Assembly (NCBI GenBank): GCA_021162505.1
Contig: JAGGYO010000139.1
Span: 1-34,210 of the forward strand
Reading direction: 5' to 3'
DNA from: a bacterium
GTDB lineage: Bacteria > AUK180
DNA length: 34,210 bases
Below the pieces are notes generated by a model, which saw nothing but the letters and a program-made list of their open reading frames with translations, was not told where the DNA came from and searched no databases. The first letter of the stretch is position 1; each line of letters begins with the position of its first letter. Shown piece by piece: positions 14,306-22,788 of the stretch. The translations under genes and the position numbers were made by a program.

Positions 14306-15921
14306 GCATTGTTTTAAAGGAATTTAAAAAAGAAAAACTCGAAGGTATACCGGAAATAATTTCAGATTTATTGAATATTAGGAAAATCTATACACAAGAA
14401 GAACTTGACGATTATTTTTATCCAAAATTGGGGAAATTATCCAAAGCGGAAAATATCGGTGAACTGATAAAAATAAAAGAGCGTATCTTGGATATAAAAA
14501 AAAGTGGGGAAGGTATTGCGATCTATGGAGATTATGATGTTGATGGTATCACCTCTTCAGTAATATTAGCCAATCTATTTGAAAAACTGGAGATGAAACA
14601 CCATATATATATTCCCAATAGATTTGATGAGGGCTATGGGATTTCACAATTTGGTATTGATGAGATAGAGAAGCTGGGTTTCAAGCATATCATAAGTGTT
14701 GATTGCGGGATCACATCATACGAAGAAGTTGAATATGCAAGATCCAAAGGTATTGAAATAATTATTACCGATCATCATGAAGTTACCGGTAAACTACCTA
14801 ATACATTGATCTTTGATCCAAAACTTTATGATGAAACATATAATTTTCATGATCTTGCAGGATGCGGTGTAGCATTGTTTTTATTTATGAACTTTTTTAG
14901 AAGAGTTGATAATCTATTAAAAAAGATGTTCGCCTTAACTGCTATTGGTACAATTGCGGATGTCGTTCCTTTAAGAGGCGATAATAGAACCATTGTAAAA
15001 TTAGGTCTTGATGCACTAAATACAATGGAAATTGAAGGTATTGATGCCTTAAAAAAGGTATCGGGAATTGACAATGAAAGAATCTCCACATATCATATTG
15101 GTTTCGCCATGGGTCCTCGGTTAAATGCAGGTGGTCGTTTGGAAAGCGCTCAATATGGGGTTGACCTCCTATTGGGAAAGAATGTTCAAGAGAATGCTAA
15201 ATTTCTTAACGATATGAACAATGAAAGAAAAGAATTGCAAAATACAATATTCGAAAAAGCAAAAGAAATGTATAATGAAAAGTCTGCAGGCATCATTCTC
15301 TCTTCTCAAGAGTTCAATCGTGGTGTTAATGGCATAGTTGCATCCAAATTTGTTGAATTTTATCATAAGCCTGCCATTATCCTTGAAGATGTTGACGGCA
15401 TTCTTCATGGTTCGGGACGATCCATCCAGGGCATAGATATAATGAGCATTATTGCTGAATTGAAGAACCTTCTTTTAGCAGGCGGTGGTCATGAAATGGC
15501 CTGCGGTATTACATTAAAAAGAGAAAATTATTCTGAATTCAAAGATAGATTTAATAAAATATTATTAGAGAACTACAGCGAAAAATTAAAGGATAGGGTA
15601 CATTATGCAGATATTGTTCTCGGGATGAGAGAATTTAGTAGAGAAATAGAAGGTTTTCTTGAAAAAATGGAACCTTTTGGTATTGGCAATCCAAAACCGA
15701 AATTTCTTATTGAAAATATTGAGATAATGCAGGATGTTATTTTATTAAAGGATAAATATAAAAAATATATTGCCAAGCAAAGTGGTATGAGATTTAATAT
15801 GCTGGATTGGCGCGGAAAGACGAATTTTGGAAAAAATGAGACAATCAGTGTTATCGGTTTTCCTAAGTTCAATACATTTCGGGGCGTAACTAATGTAGTG
15901 TTGGAATACATTGTGCATTAA
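14302..15921 (+). CDS. recJ: Single-stranded-DNA-specific exonuclease RecJ
   Basis: 539-aa ORF with an ATGA overlap onto the upstream nuclease gene. DHH motifs are IAIYGDYDVDGITS, VDCG and IITDHH. The DHHA1 motif is GGGHEMACG. Confidence 0.9.
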   Translation: MSIVLKEFKKEKLEGIPEIISDLLNIRKIYTQEELDDYFYPKLGKLSKAENIGELIKIKERILDIKKSGEGIAIYGDYDVDGITSSVILANLFEKLEMKHHIYIPNRFDEGYGISQFGIDEIEKLGFKHIISVDCGITSYEEVEYARSKGIEIIITDHHEVTGKLPNTLIFDPKLYDETYNFHDLAGCGVALFLFMNFFRRVDNLLKKMFALTAIGTIADVVPLRGDNRTIVKLGLDALNTMEIEGIDALKKVSGIDNERISTYHIGFAMGPRLNAGGRLESAQYGVDLLLGKNVQENAKFLNDMNNERKELQNTIFEKAKEMYNEKSAGIILSSQEFNRGVNGIVASKFVEFYHKPAIILEDVDGILHGSGRSIQGIDIMSIIAELKNLLLAGGGHEMACGITLKRENYSEFKDRFNKILLENYSEKLKDRVHYADIVLGMREFSREIEGFLEKMEPFGIGNPKPKFLIENIEIMQDVILLKDKYKKYIAKQSGMRFNMLDWRGKTNFGKNETISVIGFPKFNTFRGVTNVVLEYIVH

Positions 15922-16030
15922 CACTTATGGCAAACAAATTGCAATACAATGAATACGGAAGAGAACATGAAAATTAGAATTATGAACCTTCTCCTTAATG
16001 GTAAAAGACCAAAAGAACTATTAAAAATGA

Positions 16031-16059
16031 TTGACTTAATATCCAATAAATTATATAAT
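16031..16059 (+). promoter_or_regulatory. sigma70-type promoter: TTGACT (16031-16036), 17-nt spacer, TATAAT (16054-16059)
   Basis: Near-consensus hexamers with optimal spacing, about 108 nt upstream of the ATG at 16167. AAAGGAG precedes that ATG. Confidence 0.5.
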
Positions 16060-16166
16060 TTTGTTAATTGCAAAATGTTATATTACAACGGGGATATTTG
16101 TATGGAGTATGAATTGGTTCCTAATAAGTTAAATAATGAAATGAAATATAAAAAAAGGAGTTTATT

Positions 16167-17555
16167 ATGAAGAAGACATTATTACTTCTTATGATCTTTG
16201 CTTTTGTGTTTTCCGCTTATGCGAATTATTACAAGGATTACAATGCAGGTGTGAACTATAAAAAAATGAAACAATATGCTGCTGCGGAAAAAAGCTTTTT
16301 AAGTGCATTAAAAGATAAACCTAGTTTTACTCTTGCTATGTGGGGACTTATTGAGGTTTACAACTTAAGGCATCAAAAAGTAAAAGCATTAGCGGTATTG
16401 GATAAGATCATTGCTGCAAAACCAAAAAATAAAGAAGCATATTTGGTAAAAGCCAGAATGCTTGTAAATCTTTCCAGAAATAAAGAAGCGAAATATTTCC
16501 TTAATAAATTAAGAGAAATTGATCCAAAAAATATTGACGGGCAGATATTGGAAGCTCAGGTATTGAATAAAACCGGCAATAATGAGGGATCTATCGCAAA
16601 GTTGGAAACGATTGCAAAATCGAATAACGATAAAGCAGGGTCACTATATAAACAGATCGGCGACATTGCTTTTAAAGACCTGCGGGATTATAATAGAGCA
16701 ATAAAATACTATAAGTATGCTCTTTCCAATAATGTTTTGAATAAGGATTCCATAAATAAGAAGATTGCATATAGTTATTTCCTGCGGCAGGATTGGACAA
16801 ACGGAATTAACTATATAAATAAAGCCGGTAAAGCCCAAATTGGTCCGGCTGATCTTAAATGGCTCGGTATGGCTTATGAGAAAACCAAAGATATTAATAA
16901 TGCTATAAAGTTCTATGAAAAATATTACGAAAAAAAGAAGGGTCAGGATACAGCAATAAAACTCTCCGAGCTTTATAAAAAAATCGGGAATACCCCAAAA
17001 TATAAGTATTATTTAAATATTGCACAGAACAGTACTTCCATAGATTATAAAACCGCCTATAAATTGGGATATCAACTCTTAAAACAGAAAAAATATGCAG
17101 AAGCAATAAAACAGTTTGAGAAATCTATTGCCGGTAAGGATGATTTTTACGGTTCATGGTATGCCATTGGTTTTGCTCAATATAAATACGGACAAAAAAA
17201 CAGAGCATTAGAATCCTTCTTAAAAGCGGAGAAATTGAACCCTACCTATGTCTATACATTAAGATATATTGCTATGATCTATGATAATAATAAAAATTTT
17301 GATAAAGGACTTCTCTACTGGAGAAAGATCGCAGCATTACAACCGAATGATCCTGAAGTTTATTATTTCATAGGTCTGGATGCCGGGGAGGTCAAGGATT
17401 ATACAACCTCAGCAGCTGCATTGTCAAAAGTTGTGAAATTACAACCAAAGAATAAAGATGCCTGGTATAATCTGAGCGTTGCTTACGAAAACCTTGAAAA
17501 ACCGAATATGGCAGCAAATGCTTTGGAAAAATATAATGAATTAGGAGGAGAATAA
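16167..17555 (+). CDS. Exported tetratricopeptide-repeat (TPR) protein
   Basis: 462-aa ORF with signal peptide MKKTLLLLMIFAFVFSAYA. Multiple 34-residue TPR-like units carry the recurrent A..Y/F...L...P.N pattern. Confidence 0.75.
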   Translation: MKKTLLLLMIFAFVFSAYANYYKDYNAGVNYKKMKQYAAAEKSFLSALKDKPSFTLAMWGLIEVYNLRHQKVKALAVLDKIIAAKPKNKEAYLVKARMLVNLSRNKEAKYFLNKLREIDPKNIDGQILEAQVLNKTGNNEGSIAKLETIAKSNNDKAGSLYKQIGDIAFKDLRDYNRAIKYYKYALSNNVLNKDSINKKIAYSYFLRQDWTNGINYINKAGKAQIGPADLKWLGMAYEKTKDINNAIKFYEKYYEKKKGQDTAIKLSELYKKIGNTPKYKYYLNIAQNSTSIDYKTAYKLGYQLLKQKKYAEAIKQFEKSIAGKDDFYGSWYAIGFAQYKYGQKNRALESFLKAEKLNPTYVYTLRYIAMIYDNNKNFDKGLLYWRKIAALQPNDPEVYYFIGLDAGEVKDYTTSAAALSKVVKLQPKNKDAWYNLSVAYENLEKPNMAANALEKYNELGGE

Positions 17556-18118
17556 TGGGTGTTGGTTTAATTGTTGTATTGGTTTTAGTTGTAGTATTGG
17601 TTTTTTGGTTCATTGGTGTATACAATGGGCTGATTGTTCTACGAAATAGAGTAAAAAATGCATGGTCGCAAATTGATGTCCAATTGAAAAGAAGGCATGA
17701 CCTTATACCAAATTTAGTTGAGATCTGCAAGGGTTATATGAAACACGAAAGAGGAACCCTTGAAGCTGTTATTAAAGCAAGACAACAAGCGGTGAATATA
17801 AATTCCGATAATGTTAAGGAAAGGGCACAAATCGAAAATATGCTTTCACAAACCCTAAAAAGTTTATTTGCTGTTTCAGAAAATTATCCGAATCTAAAAG
17901 CAAATGAGAATATGCTTTCATTGCAAGAAGAATTAACATCAACTGAAAATAAAATATCGTTCGCAAGACAGCATTATAATGATATGACCATGACATTTAA
18001 CACAAAAAAGCAACAATTTCCTGCAATTATTGCTGCCAATATGCTCAATTTCAAGGATAGTGAATTTTTTGAAGTTGAGAATGAAGAGGAAAAGAAAGCA
18101 CCCAACATATCATTTTAA
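17555..18118 (+). CDS. lemA: LemA family membrane protein
   Basis: 187-aa ORF. It has an N-terminal TM helix and then NAWSQIDVQLKRRHDLIPNLVE...ENYPNLKANENM, which is characteristic of LemA. htpX is adjacent, as is common. Confidence 0.85.
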   Translation: MGVGLIVVLVLVVVLVFWFIGVYNGLIVLRNRVKNAWSQIDVQLKRRHDLIPNLVEICKGYMKHERGTLEAVIKARQQAVNINSDNVKERAQIENMLSQTLKSLFAVSENYPNLKANENMLSLQEELTSTENKISFARQHYNDMTMTFNTKKQQFPAIIAANMLNFKDSEFFEVENEEEKKAPNISF

Positions 18119-18128
18119 GGTATAGATC

Positions 18129-19031
18129 ATGTATGAATTAATTGCTAAAAATAAGAGAAGTTCTTGGCTTTTGGTTTTTCTTTTATCATTAGTGCTCATT
18201 GCTATGGGCGCTTTTTTAGGATACTATTTTAAAAATATTTGGCTAGGCGTAGCTTTTGCCACGGCTTTGGCTTTTTTCTCAGGTCTCATTGCTTATTATA
18301 GTGGAGATTCTATTTTATTGGGTATTTCCAAGGCAAAACGAATTGAGAAAAAAGATGCTCCTCAACTCTGGAATGTTGTTGAAGAATTGACAATAGCATC
18401 CGGTCTTCCCATGCCTAAGATCTATTTGATCGATGATACTGCTCCCAATGCCTTTGCAACGGGAAGGGATCCGGAGCATGCCTCGGTTGCGATAACCAAA
18501 GGACTTATTGAAAAATTGAATAGAGAGGAACTTCAAGGTGTAATGGGACATGAACTTTCCCATGTAAAGAACTATGATATACTTTTTGGTACTATGATCG
18601 CAGTTATGGTGGGCACCATCGTATTACTTTCCGATTTCTTTTTGAGGAGTTTTTTCTGGACCGGTGGTCGTCGAAGATCATCAAACAAGAGTTCCGGTAA
18701 ATCAAATGCGGTTTTCCTAATAATCGGCATTATTCTTGCCATAATTGCTCCAATTCTTGCGAAGATCATACAATTTTCCGTTTCAAGGCAAAGAGAATAT
18801 CTTGCCGATGCTTCTTCTGCAAAAATGACAAGGAATCCCATTGGACTGGCTCATGCCTTGGAAAAGATCTCGGAGGATCCCGAGCCCTTGGAAGTGGCAA
18901 ATAAAGGTACACAGCATCTTTATATTGTAAATCCATTAAAAAAAGTCAGTGATAAATCAGGTGCTTTTGACACACACCCGCCTTTAAAGTCGAGAATATT
19001 CAGATTAAAAACATTGGCACACGAGAAGTAG
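18129..19031 (+). CDS. htpX: Zinc metalloprotease HtpX (peptidase M48)
   Basis: 300-aa ORF with HELSHV zinc motif, several hydrophobic TM segments, and a conserved EYLAD segment. Confidence 0.9.
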   Translation: MYELIAKNKRSSWLLVFLLSLVLIAMGAFLGYYFKNIWLGVAFATALAFFSGLIAYYSGDSILLGISKAKRIEKKDAPQLWNVVEELTIASGLPMPKIYLIDDTAPNAFATGRDPEHASVAITKGLIEKLNREELQGVMGHELSHVKNYDILFGTMIAVMVGTIVLLSDFFLRSFFWTGGRRRSSNKSSGKSNAVFLIIGIILAIIAPILAKIIQFSVSRQREYLADASSAKMTRNPIGLAHALEKISEDPEPLEVANKGTQHLYIVNPLKKVSDKSGAFDTHPPLKSRIFRLKTLAHEK

Positions 19032-19060
19032 TCAAAAGTCCAATGTCGAAGGTCAAAGGT
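19031..19060. repeat. Left inverted-repeat arm: GTCAAAA GTCCAAT GTCGAAG GTCAAAG GT
   Basis: Read directly from the sequence as four heptamers of the form GTCNAAN. Confidence 0.9.
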
Positions 19061-19131
19061 TTGAAAAGCAGAATACAGAGAAAGTATTATAATAAAATTA
19101 CTAAAATAGAAACATATAAAGGGAATATTAT

Positions 19132-19497
19132 ATGAGAGTTAAAAAAATTGAAGATTTAAATGTGTGGCAACTCGCGAGAGAAATGGTTGTTAATATTTAC
19201 AGAATAACGAAGAACAAAGGATTTAAAAATGATTTTGGATTAAGCAATCAAATTCAAAGGGCAAGTGTTTCCGTGTTATCAAATATAGCAGAAGGTTCTG
19301 AATATGGTTCAGATGCAGAATTTAGAAGATATTTACAAATAGCAAAAGATTCCATTGGAGAAGTAAGGGCTCAATTATATGTTGCTGTAGATCTTTTCTA
19401 TATAGAGCAAGATGAATTTGAATTAGCTCATAGTAAGGCAGAGAATATAAGCAAAATGATAAGTAGTTTAATAAAGTATTTAAAAGGTGAAAATTAA
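19132..19497 (+). CDS. Four-helix-bundle protein (23S rRNA intervening-sequence protein / Avd-related family)
   Basis: 121-aa ORF. The pattern EDLNVWQLAREMVVNIYRIT...LSNQIQRASVSVLSNIAEGSEYGS..EFRRYLQIAKDSIGEVRAQLYVA matches this family's hallmarks. Confidence 0.85.
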   Translation: MRVKKIEDLNVWQLAREMVVNIYRITKNKGFKNDFGLSNQIQRASVSVLSNIAEGSEYGSDAEFRRYLQIAKDSIGEVRAQLYVAVDLFYIEQDEFELAHSKAENISKMISSLIKYLKGEN

Positions 19498-19520
19498 AAG
19501 ATTCATGAAAATTAGTACTA

Positions 19521-19578
19521 ACCTTCGACTTTCGACCTTTGACTTTGGACTTTTGACCTTTGACTTTGGACTTTTGAC
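19521..19578. repeat. Right inverted-repeat arm: eight GTCNAAN heptamers when read on the minus strand, including a 21-nt unit (CCTTTGACTTTGGACTTTTGA) repeated twice
   Basis: Read directly. The reverse complement is GTCAAAAGTCCAAAGTCAAAGGTCAAAAGTCCAAAGTCAAAGGTCGAAAGTCGAAGGT. Confidence 0.9.
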
Positions 19579-19597
19579 TATTATATAGGAGTTACAC

Positions 19598-20155
19598 ATG
19601 GAAGAATTTAGAACCATTGAAGAATCAATGAAATTGCTAAGGGAATATGTAAAAAATGAAAATTTGATCAAGCACATGCTGTCAACCATGGCTGCAATGG
19701 GTGGATTGGCAAAGAAATTCGGTGAAGATGAACATTTGTGGAAGACAGTGGGCTTGCTTCATGATATCGATTATGAGCAAACGGTAAATGATCCCAAAAA
19801 TCATGGCAAAATCGGCAAAGAGATCTTATTGAAAGAGGGTTATCCCCAGATCGTTGCAGATGCAGTTGAGGCACATGTAGGAATGACACCGCGAGATACA
19901 ATGCTCAAAAAAGCCATATATTCCATTGACCCATTAACTGGTATTATCGTAGCGACAGCTCTAATCATGCCGGATAAAAAGATAAATACCGTAAAAGCGA
20001 AATCCGTTAAAAAGCGATTAAAAGAAAAACGATTTGCAGCCAGTGCCAACAGAGAGCCCATCTATGAATCAAGTGAAATGGGATTGGAACTTGACGAGTT
20101 TATTGATATTGTTCTAAATTCAATGAAATCCATTTCCAATGAGTTAGGCTTATAA
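19598..20155 (+). CDS. HD-domain metal-dependent phosphohydrolase
   Basis: 185-aa ORF with AGGAG upstream. It has the HD motif VGLLHDIDYE, an upstream His (IKHMLST) and a downstream His (VEAHVG). Confidence 0.7.
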   Translation: MEEFRTIEESMKLLREYVKNENLIKHMLSTMAAMGGLAKKFGEDEHLWKTVGLLHDIDYEQTVNDPKNHGKIGKEILLKEGYPQIVADAVEAHVGMTPRDTMLKKAIYSIDPLTGIIVATALIMPDKKINTVKAKSVKKRLKEKRFAASANREPIYESSEMGLELDEFIDIVLNSMKSISNELGL

Positions 20156-20212
20156 AAATTGATTTTTTATTAGAAAAATGGTATCATAAGTTGAAAGATG
20201 AAGGGAGCGTAA

Positions 20213-20428
20213 ATGAACATTAAAAAGCGGCCAAATCATAAAATATATATCCGAATACTTCGCAAAATGACCCCGGAACAAAGATTATTAAAAGCATTTG
20301 AATTATCAGAATTTACCATGGAACTGTTCATTCAAGGATTGCACAAGAGATTCCCTGACTTAACAAGTGAAGAATTTCATAAATTATTATTGGAGCGTTT
20401 AGATAAATGTCACAACAGAAATTATTAA
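20213..20428 (+). CDS. Small conserved hypothetical protein, of the type usually found upstream of a nucleotidyltransferase gene (possible antitoxin-like partner)
   Basis: 71-aa ORF. MTPEQRLLKAFELSEF...GLHKRFPDLTSEEFHKLLLERL..CHNRNY resembles a widespread small-protein family. This is recalled from memory, not searched. Confidence 0.5.
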   Translation: MNIKKRPNHKIYIRILRKMTPEQRLLKAFELSEFTMELFIQGLHKRFPDLTSEEFHKLLLERLDKCHNRNY

Positions 20429-20628
20429 AAAAGATCATTCAATCACTGGATAAAATCGGAATTCAATATATGATAACAGGTTCTGTTGTAAATAGGGGAC
20501 GGTGTTTTAAATTTGTTAAATTCTCAGGAAAAAGTTGTGGAATATTTTTATTATACTTTCGCATTTGGCTAAATGTGCAAGTGAAAAGGAAAAGAATGAG
20601 ATTCCTACGGAAACTTTGTTTCCTCTGA
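20407..20628 (+). pseudogene. Truncated nucleotidyltransferase-like gene; only the first ~28 codons (20407-20490) look homologous
   Basis: MSQQKLLKKIIQSLDKIGIQYMITGSVV resembles the N-terminus of small nucleotidyltransferases (pattern ...IPYM(L/I)xGS...). The rest of the reading frame runs into repeat-like non-coding sequence. Confidence 0.35.
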
Positions 20629-20670
20629 ATGACGAAAATCAAGTTGAGAATTGAGAGTAAAAGAAAATGT

Positions 20671-20752
20671 AAATACTGGATTATCGTGTCAAGCACGGAA
20701 TGACCCAGAAATAAATACTGGATTCCTGATCAGGTCAGGAATGCCAGGAAAT
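20671..20752. repeat. Two tandem REP-like hairpin units: AAATACTGGATT-[stem-loop]-GGAATG(A/C)C-(C)AGAAAT
   Basis: Unit 1 is 20671-20712 and unit 2 is 20713-20752. Unit 2 has a perfect 8-bp stem (ATTCCTGA / TCAGGAAT) with a 5-nt loop. Unit 1 has different stem bases (CGTG / CACG) that still pair. Confidence 0.7.
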
Positions 20753-20893
20753 ATTTTTAAAAATAATTTGATTTTTGGAGTTAAAAATGATATTATTCAT
20801 TATGTTTTTATTAAAAAAAAGTATTTATGCATCACATAAAAAGAACAAGTTTTGTGTATAAGTTATGATTATGAATTTTAGGGAGAAGTTTAG

Positions 20894-22069
20894 ATGAAGA
20901 TTGAAAAGATAAAGAAAGAAGATCTTGAAAAAATATGGATATTGGAATCACTATCTTTCGGAATGGGAGAAAAAGCAAAATCCATATTCAAGAAGGAAAT
21001 TGCACAATATGAAGGATATAAGATCATTATTGATAATAAACTCGTAAGTGCAGTTTTTTTTCAAAAAATGTTATTGAATTTTGGTACGGTGTCGTATAAA
21101 ACAGTTGGTATTTCCTATGTTGCAACATTACCTGAGTATAGAGGACAAAAGCATGTAAGAAAAATGTTCGAATATTTAATACCTAAATTTGAAAAAGAAG
21201 ATTATTTTTTCACTTCTCTATATGCATTTAAGATAGAGTATTATAAAAAATTTGATTATGAAACTGTATGTCAAAGTTTGAAATATACCTTTAAACCTGA
21301 AATTGTCCCTTTTTTTAAGGATGAAACATTATATAAGATAGAGTATTTAGAAGATAAACATTTAAAGGATTATGTGAACTATTTTAATAATAACCTATAT
21401 AAGGAATTTAATGGCGCATATAAGAAAAAAGTAGCCAATGAAAAGATATATAATAAATGGATATTGGATCTTGAAGGTTATGTGAGAATTTATCGAATAT
21501 TTTTAAAAGATAAAGAGAATAATACTAAAGGAATGTTCTTTTACGGTATAAAAAGAACTGCTGATCACCACCAAAAGATAACGGTTTTTGAGGTTTTTCT
21601 GGATAATGATATTGCTTATAAAACATTTCTCAATTATTTGGCAAATTTTAGGGATCAGGCAGATGAAATATTTATAAATACAAATTTAGGAGATCGCTTT
21701 GAATACCTGCTTAACACGCTTTATTTTAAAAAAGAGATTGGTACAAAACAAATGCTGAGGATACTAAATTTCCGAAAATTGATCAGTTCTTTAAAGATAA
21801 AAAACGGCTCGTATAATATAGCCATAAAGGATAAAATGATAAAGAAAAATACCGGTAATTATTTCATAAAAATAGAAAATGGGAAAAAGATCATTAAGAA
21901 AAGTGAGCTGAAAAAATCCGGTATGGATATAGGATTGTTTGTAAAACTTTTATTTTTAGACGATGCTTTAGATTTTTATGGATCCAAGGGTTTTCTAAAG
22001 AAAAATGAAATTAAATTTCTACATGCTTTTGAGGAGCGCAAGATTTCCTATGTAACAGAGGATTTTTAA
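20894..22069 (+). CDS. GNAT-family N-acetyltransferase, Eis-like three-domain type
   Basis: 391-aa ORF. The N-terminal GNAT motif A region is GISYVATLPEYRGQKHVRKMFEYLI. The ~390-aa length and long C-terminal extension fit the Eis-like architecture. Confidence 0.6.
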   Translation: MKIEKIKKEDLEKIWILESLSFGMGEKAKSIFKKEIAQYEGYKIIIDNKLVSAVFFQKMLLNFGTVSYKTVGISYVATLPEYRGQKHVRKMFEYLIPKFEKEDYFFTSLYAFKIEYYKKFDYETVCQSLKYTFKPEIVPFFKDETLYKIEYLEDKHLKDYVNYFNNNLYKEFNGAYKKKVANEKIYNKWILDLEGYVRIYRIFLKDKENNTKGMFFYGIKRTADHHQKITVFEVFLDNDIAYKTFLNYLANFRDQADEIFINTNLGDRFEYLLNTLYFKKEIGTKQMLRILNFRKLISSLKIKNGSYNIAIKDKMIKKNTGNYFIKIENGKKIIKKSELKKSGMDIGLFVKLLFLDDALDFYGSKGFLKKNEIKFLHAFEERKISYVTEDF

Positions 22070-22788
22070 TGAATATATTCTTAACAAACGATGATGGAGT
22101 TAATGCGCCCGGTATAAATATACTCTTTGAATTTTTAAAAGCGGCGGGATATGATGTGATAATGGTGGCTCCTCATAGGGATAATTCTGCTATCTCACAT
22201 TCTATCTCTTTGGGTAGGGACCTATTGCTAAAAAAGATCGCTGAGAATAGGTATTCCATTAATGGTACGCCTTCGGATTGTGTAATGCTCGGATTGAAGT
22301 GTAAGGTAACAAATCAGCCGGACCTTTTAATATCCGGAGTGAATCGAGGTGGCAATATGGGGGAGGATGTACATTATTCCGGAACTGTTGCCGCTGCAAT
22401 AGAGGGTAGTTTCGCAGGGATATCTTCAATTGCCATTTCCGTTGCCAGCAAATCCCCGAAGCATTATAAAGCGATCTTGCCTTATATGAAAAGCATCATT
22501 GAACTATCATTAAAAAGTGAAAAAAATACCATTTTAAATATTAATTATCCTGATATGGAACAATTAAAAGAAATTAAATGGTCCTTTCTCGGTCGCCGGA
22601 TCTATCTTGATAATGTAGAATGTAAAAAAATGAACGACGGCAATATAAAAATAATCAATCACCCTTCGGAAAATGTTCAAGAAAAATTGAGAAACAGTGA
22701 TTTTTGGGCTGTCCAGAATGGTTATATTTCCATTTCACCCATTAGCGTTGATTGGACGGATTATAAATACCTCAAAGGAATTGAATGA
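22069..22788 (+). CDS. surE: 5'/3'-nucleotidase SurE
   Basis: 239-aa ORF with MNIFLTNDDGVNAPGI, SGVNRGGNMGEDVHYSGTVAAA, and pcm immediately downstream. Confidence 0.9.
   Translation: MNIFLTNDDGVNAPGINILFEFLKAAGYDVIMVAPHRDNSAISHSISLGRDLLLKKIAENRYSINGTPSDCVMLGLKCKVTNQPDLLISGVNRGGNMGEDVHYSGTVAAAIEGSFAGISSIAISVASKSPKHYKAILPYMKSIIELSLKSEKNTILNINYPDMEQLKEIKWSFLGRRIYLDNVECKKMNDGNIKIINHPSENVQEKLRNSDFWAVQNGYISISPISVDWTDYKYLKGIE

Larger units (their letters stand above)
19031..19578 (+). mobile_element. Putative insertion cassette: four-helix-bundle gene bracketed by inverted GTCNAAN heptamer arrays (23S rRNA IVS-like organisation)
   Basis: The left arm (19031-19060) and the reverse complement of 19549-19578 match at 27 of 30 positions. 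The element starts on the last base of the htpX stop codon. It ends 20 nt before the next ATG. No transposase or integrase is present. Confidence 0.45.

Noticed and set aside
15949-16170. 73-aa + strand ORF between recJ and the TPR gene.
   Set aside because: It has no ribosome-binding site and no recognisable family. A near-consensus promoter (16031-16059) and the TPR gene's RBS lie inside it. It is more likely a 5' untranslated/promoter region.
19521-19578. Possible CRISPR array, because of the regularly repeated 21-nt units.
   Set aside because: The units are directly adjacent with no spacers and only two full copies. They break down into heptamers and have an inverted partner at 19031-19060. 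No cas genes are present.
19480-19689. 69-aa minus-strand ORF encoding KSPKSKVKSPKSKVESRR.
   Set aside because: It is a translation of the GTCNAAN heptamer array (right inverted-repeat arm), and it overlaps the start of the HD-domain gene.
20651-20839. 62-aa ORF (and the 77-aa minus-strand ORF at 20463-20696) in the gap before the GNAT gene.
   Set aside because: These are translations of the REP-like hairpin units (peptides such as LSCQARNDPE and LIRSGMPG). That is a typical artefact of palindromic repeats.
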